DNA of 20,365 nt, taken from contig JBJMMA010000141.1 in assembly GCA_045805065.1 (NCBI GenBank), positions 1 through 20,365 on the forward strand, read 5' to 3'. The notes below the pieces were generated by a model. That model did no database searches. It saw nothing but the letters and a program-made list of their open reading frames with translations, and was not told the origin of the DNA. Of the stretch, positions 16,766 to 20,365 are shown in pieces. Source of the DNA: Bdellovibrionia bacterium (GTDB lineage Bacteria; Bdellovibrionota; UBA1018). Every line of letters begins with the position of its first letter. Position 1 is the stretch's first letter. The position numbers and the translations under genes are program-made.

Positions 16766-16993
16766 ATGGCAGATAAGTCAAAAAAATGGACAGACAACGT
16801 TCCTGGCCGCTTTTTCGTTGATGATCAATGCATCGATTGTGATGCCTGTCGCAGTGAAGCTCCTGATCACTTCACCCGCAACGAAGAGCATGGCTATTCC
16901 TACGTTTATAAGCAGCCAACGACTCCTGACGAAGAAAACAAGTGCCAGGCCGCTTTAGAAGCCTGCCCTGTTGAAGCGATCGGGAAAGAATAG
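16766..16993 (+). CDS. Single-cluster [4Fe-4S]/[3Fe-4S] ferredoxin
   Basis: CIDCDAC...ACPVEAI, NVPGRFFVDDQC; 75 aa, acidic. Confidence 0.95.
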   Translation: MADKSKKWTDNVPGRFFVDDQCIDCDACRSEAPDHFTRNEEHGYSYVYKQPTTPDEENKCQAALEACPVEAIGKE

Positions 16994-17008
16994 AACTTTA
17001 CAGCAAGA

Positions 17009-17029
17009 AGGCCAGGCACTGCCTGGCCT
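17009..17029. terminator. GC-rich hairpin between convergent ferredoxin and mepA; possible bidirectional terminator or stabiliser
   Basis: AGGCCAGGCA-C-TGCCTGGCCT, a perfect palindrome around one base; no strong U-tract on either side. Confidence 0.5.
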
Positions 17030-17072
17030 AAGCGGAACGTTCTTAAAATCGAATCAGGGGCACAGAACGCTA

Positions 17073-18002
17073 TTAGAAAGCTTCTGAAGCTTCCGAAAGC
17101 CCCAGACTCTTATCCGGCGCACTCAATATCTGCTGACAAAGGTTCGGCAGCTTGGGAAGCACTCTGGCCTCACCTTGCGACTTCAGCTCCGCTTCATGGG
17201 CTTCCGGAGTGAACCACCAGTCCAGATCTGCCCCGCACCCATCGCCTGCCGGCACAGGATCTTGTTTCACGCAGTTTGGCTGGCTCGCCGGACATTTCAA
17301 GCGAACATGGAAATGATCATCATGGCCAAACCATGGGCGAAGCTTGCGTAACCAGCCACGCTTGGCCGCCGGAACCGTTTCACAAAGCTCGCGCTTGATC
17401 ACAGGGTTCACAAAGATTCGCTCACTCTCAGGCATGTTGGAAGCGGTCTCCAAAATCCGAGCATGCTCCGGGCGCCAGGCGTCCTTTTTGATCTGCTTTT
17501 TTTCCAAATCCACCAGTGAGATCGCTGAAAGCGTTTCCCGCTCTTCAGGAGTCAGAGGACGGTACTGGGCATCCGGTTGAAGCCAATACCAGATATCGAC
17601 ATCCAGGCCGATCTGATGGCTCGCATGTCCGTTCGCAGGCATCAGCCCGCCCCGGGGCTGAGACATATCGCCGATCAAAAGAACGCCGATTTTCTGATCC
17701 ATCGTCGAACTGGTCAAACGTGCGATGAAGTCGATCAACTCCACTGTCCCGTAAAAACGGTTCCGGCTAGGCCGCATCGTCTGATAGCCGCGGCCATCCA
17801 AAGGCATCTGAGTCGCGCCACCTAAACAGCCTGCGCTATAAAAACCTACCGAAACCTGCTTTCCAGAGGAGGGGGTTTTGACCTTGGCCCAGGGGTTTTC
17901 TTGAGCGGGCTTTCTAACCGCATTTGCACTGCAGCTAAAAACGATAACCGCTAAAAACAAACCCTTCCAAAGAGCCCGAACAGGATTGATAAGAGTCGTC
18001 AT
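17073..18002 (-). CDS. mepA: Penicillin-insensitive murein DD-endopeptidase
   Basis: SVGFYSAGCLGGA, RPSRNRFYG, IGDMSQPRGG, HASHQIGLDVDIW, RIFVNPVIKRELC, WLRKLRPWFGHDDHFHVRLKCP, GDGCG. ATG 18002 follows SD GGAGGG (alternative ATG 18014); signal peptide present. Confidence 0.95.
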   Translation of the reverse strand: MTTLINPVRALWKGLFLAVIVFSCSANAVRKPAQENPWAKVKTPSSGKQVSVGFYSAGCLGGATQMPLDGRGYQTMRPSRNRFYGTVELIDFIARLTSSTMDQKIGVLLIGDMSQPRGGLMPANGHASHQIGLDVDIWYWLQPDAQYRPLTPEERETLSAISLVDLEKKQIKKDAWRPEHARILETASNMPESERIFVNPVIKRELCETVPAAKRGWLRKLRPWFGHDDHFHVRLKCPASQPNCVKQDPVPAGDGCGADLDWWFTPEAHEAELKSQGEARVLPKLPNLCQQILSAPDKSLGLSEASEAF

Positions 18003-18037
18003 GACTCCCTCCATGGATTGAGTGTTAGAACGAACGA

Positions 18038-19159
18038 TCAGTTAAATTTACCGATTTGCACGATCTGAGACGGATCAATTTCCTGGTTTGCTGCCAGAAT
18101 CGAGACTTGCTGCGCTACCTTGCGAGCCAGGTCCCTGAGTTCTTTTGCAACCACGGATTGCGGCTCACGGATGACGACAGGGCGACCCTCATCGCCTCCT
18201 TCGCGCACCGTAGTCTGCATTGGGAGCTGCGCAAGAAGCTCAGTGTTGAACTTCTTAGCAAGCTTCTTGCCGCCTTCAGAACCGAAGAGATAGTGCTTCT
18301 TCTCGCAACCATCACAGTTAAACCAACTCATGTTCTCGACCACGCCCATGATCGGAATGCGGACTTTTTCGAACATGTGGAAGGCTTTGCGCACGTCTTG
18401 CGCAGAAACTTCCTGCGGCGTCGTGACGAGCACTGCGCCGGTCACGGGAACAAGCTGCGCAAGCGAGAGCTGCACATCGCCCGTGCCAGGAGGCATGTCG
18501 ACGACGAGATAATCGAGCTCACCCCAATGAACTTTATGGCAGAACTGATTGACCACGCTGTGAAGCATAGGTCCGCGCCAGATCATCGGTTGGTCGCCCT
18601 GAATCAGAAAGCCCATCGACATGACTTTCACGCCATGCGAGCTCGGGGGAATGAACATCTCCCCTTTTTGCGGATCTTGAGTGATCTTTGGCTGCTCCGT
18701 CACGCCCATCATCGTAGGGACGTTCGGGCCATAGATATCAGCGTCCATCAAACCCACGCGCGCGCCTTCCAGCGCAAGTGCTGTCGCGAGATTGACTGCA
18801 ACCGTGCTCTTACCCACGCCGCCCTTGCCGCTGGAGACGGCAATAATATGCTTCACGCCAGGAATGGCGTTGGTCGTCGGGCCACCGGCTTGAGCGCCAG
18901 CGCGTCCGCGGACTTCGGAGTCCATCTTCACATTCACCGAACGGATGCCCGGAACCGCCAGGACTGCGTTTCTCACGTCGTTCTCGATCTTGCCTTTCAT
19001 CGGGCAAGCAGGCGTCGTCAAAACCACGCGAACCGAGACCGTTCCGTCGTGAACTTCCAGGTCACGGATCATGTTCAGACTCACCAGATCCCGATGGAGA
19101 TCCGGGTCTTGGACAGTACGAAGTGCATTTAAAACGAGTTCTTGAATAGATTGAGCCAT
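18038..19159 (-). CDS. apbC: Mrp/NBP35 family Fe-S cluster carrier ATPase (ApbC) with N-terminal DUF59-type domain
   Basis: VQDPDLHRDLV..LTTPACP, SGKGGVGKST, DADIYGP, WRGPM, DMPPGTGD, VTTPQ, GVVENMSWFNCDGC. Confidence 0.95.
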   Translation of the reverse strand: MAQSIQELVLNALRTVQDPDLHRDLVSLNMIRDLEVHDGTVSVRVVLTTPACPMKGKIENDVRNAVLAVPGIRSVNVKMDSEVRGRAGAQAGGPTTNAIPGVKHIIAVSSGKGGVGKSTVAVNLATALALEGARVGLMDADIYGPNVPTMMGVTEQPKITQDPQKGEMFIPPSSHGVKVMSMGFLIQGDQPMIWRGPMLHSVVNQFCHKVHWGELDYLVVDMPPGTGDVQLSLAQLVPVTGAVLVTTPQEVSAQDVRKAFHMFEKVRIPIMGVVENMSWFNCDGCEKKHYLFGSEGGKKLAKKFNTELLAQLPMQTTVREGGDEGRPVVIREPQSVVAKELRDLARKVAQQVSILAANQEIDPSQIVQIGKFN

Positions 19160-19272
19160 AAGTGTCTTTTGGACATATCAAACGCAGCTGAGAAGATCCA
19201 ATACATCTATCGAGCAGCTGCCCAATGACGGTTGTGAAGTCCGCGGTTTTGACATATACCGGCAAAACCCCT

Positions 19273-19872
19273 ATGAGTACGCCTGAGTTGTCCCCAAATC
19301 ACAAAAAGATCGTCAAACATCTCCGCTCCATTCTTGAGCTTCTCGGTGAGGATACGTCGCGTGAAGGGCTGCTCGACACCCCGAAACGTTATGCCAAGGC
19401 CATGGAGTTCCTGACGTCGGGCTACAAGAAGGACCCTCAAAAGATCGTGGGAAAGGCCCTCTTTTCTGAAGGCTCCAGCGAGATCGTGATTGTTCGCGAT
19501 ATCGAGCTTTTCTCCCTCTGTGAGCATCACCTGCTCCCATTTTACGGCAAAGCCCACGTCGCCTACATTCCGAACGGCAAGATCATCGGACTCTCAAAAA
19601 TCCCTCGAATCATTGATGCTTTTGCTCGCCGGCTTCAGGTTCAAGAGCGCCTGACCACGCAGATTTCTGAAGAGCTCATGAGGCTCCTGAACGCTCATGG
19701 CGTAGCAGTGATCATCGAGGCATCCCATTTGTGCATGATGATGCGCGGAGTGGAAAAGCAGAACAGCTACACCATCACAAGCTCCATGCTGGGGGTTTTC
19801 CGCGACAACGAAACCACTCGTAAAGAGCTGCTGCATCTTCTTGGCGGACTCGGAAGCGCAGCAAGGCGTTAA
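19273..19872 (+). CDS. folE: GTP cyclohydrolase I
   Basis: [52 protein letters not shown]. Start ATG 19273 (or 19225). Confidence 0.97.
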   Translation: MSTPELSPNHKKIVKHLRSILELLGEDTSREGLLDTPKRYAKAMEFLTSGYKKDPQKIVGKALFSEGSSEIVIVRDIELFSLCEHHLLPFYGKAHVAYIPNGKIIGLSKIPRIIDAFARRLQVQERLTTQISEELMRLLNAHGVAVIIEASHLCMMMRGVEKQNSYTITSSMLGVFRDNETTRKELLHLLGGLGSAARR

Positions 19873-20257
19873 TCTGACAACACCCAAAAACACCATCATG
19901 ATCGTCGAGGACGACGGTCCTATTCGCGAATCCCTTCGGATGATCCTGGAGATGGATGGCTATACGGTTCATGAAGCCGAAAATGGCCAGCAAGCGCTTG
20001 GCCTTCTTCAGTCAGGCCGGCTCCCGAACCTCATCTTTTTGGATCTCATGATGCCGGTGATGGATGGCGTGCAGTTCTATCAAACTCTGAGAAAAAACAC
20101 GGAGTGGGATCCCATTGTCGCAGTCATTCTTTCAGCCACTGGAAACTTGAAGGAAAAGCTCGCCTCTCTGGGTGAACCCGCACCACCGACTCTGAAAAAG
20201 CCCGTGGATCTGGACAAGATCGTTGAGATCACTCAGAAGTACTGCCCGATCTGTTAG
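19841..20257 (+). CDS. Single-domain (CheY-like) response regulator
   Basis: [21 protein letters not shown] (phospho-Asp), ILSA, LKKP. Start uncertain: TTG 19841, CTG 19874 or ATG 19898. Confidence 0.9.
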   Translation: MADSEAQQGVNLTTPKNTIMIVEDDGPIRESLRMILEMDGYTVHEAENGQQALGLLQSGRLPNLIFLDLMMPVMDGVQFYQTLRKNTEWDPIVAVILSATGNLKEKLASLGEPAPPTLKKPVDLDKIVEITQKYCPIC

Positions 20258-20262
20258 GCGCA

Positions 20263-20365
20263 TTACGACTTTACTTCGGCTTCCGGCAAGTGGGCTTCCG
20301 GGTAAAACTGCGAGAAATAGCCTGCGATCTGATAAAGACTGACCGCTACAAGCATGTGCCAGATC
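20263..20365 (-). CDS. 3' end of a probable membrane protein (possibly CREST superfamily: ceramidase/hemolysin III-like); partial
   Basis: Manual translation ...IWHMLVAVSLYQIAGYFSQFYPEAHLPEAEVKS*. IWH plus a hydrophobic helix resembles the terminal HxxWH motif of CREST proteins, but the first His would lie outside the window. Confidence 0.45.
   Translation of the reverse strand, partial: IWHMLVAVSLYQIAGYFSQFYPEAHLPEAEVKS

Noticed and set aside
19249..19277. TTGACA-N17-TATGAG promoter before folE
   Set aside because: The -10 is poor and overlaps the likely start codon, so it could not produce a full folE mRNA.

Overview
A 20.4 kb stretch of bacterial chromosome with no mobile element, prophage, CRISPR array, rRNA or tRNA that I can support. 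The gene content (HAMP-less MCP, secreted proteins with an RxPAS-type motif, Cys-rich metalloprotease lipoprotein) suggests a Bdellovibrionota/Oligoflexia-like organism, which is inference only. In order: partial FabG-like SDR (-), divergent from an atypical KAS III/FabH-family enzyme plus acyl-CoA ligase; UDG-superfamily protein (-); LysR; two tandem paralogous secreted proteins (-); AidB-like acyl-CoA dehydrogenase (-); a 53-aa secreted-type ORF missed by the ORF track (-); MCP (-); argS; a ~235-nt nested inverted-repeat element; HEAT-repeat protein, M43-like zinc-protease lipoprotein and metallophosphoesterase (all -); ferredoxin; mepA and mrp/apbC (-); folE; single-domain response regulator; 3' end of a membrane protein (-). 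Most notable: (1) the highly structured element filling the gap downstream of argS; (2) a KAS III whose catalytic His and Asn are replaced by Thr and Tyr; (3) three identically spaced sigma28-like promoters upstream of the MCP, the micro-protein and the protease/HEAT pair; (4) the uncharacterised paralogous secreted pair.
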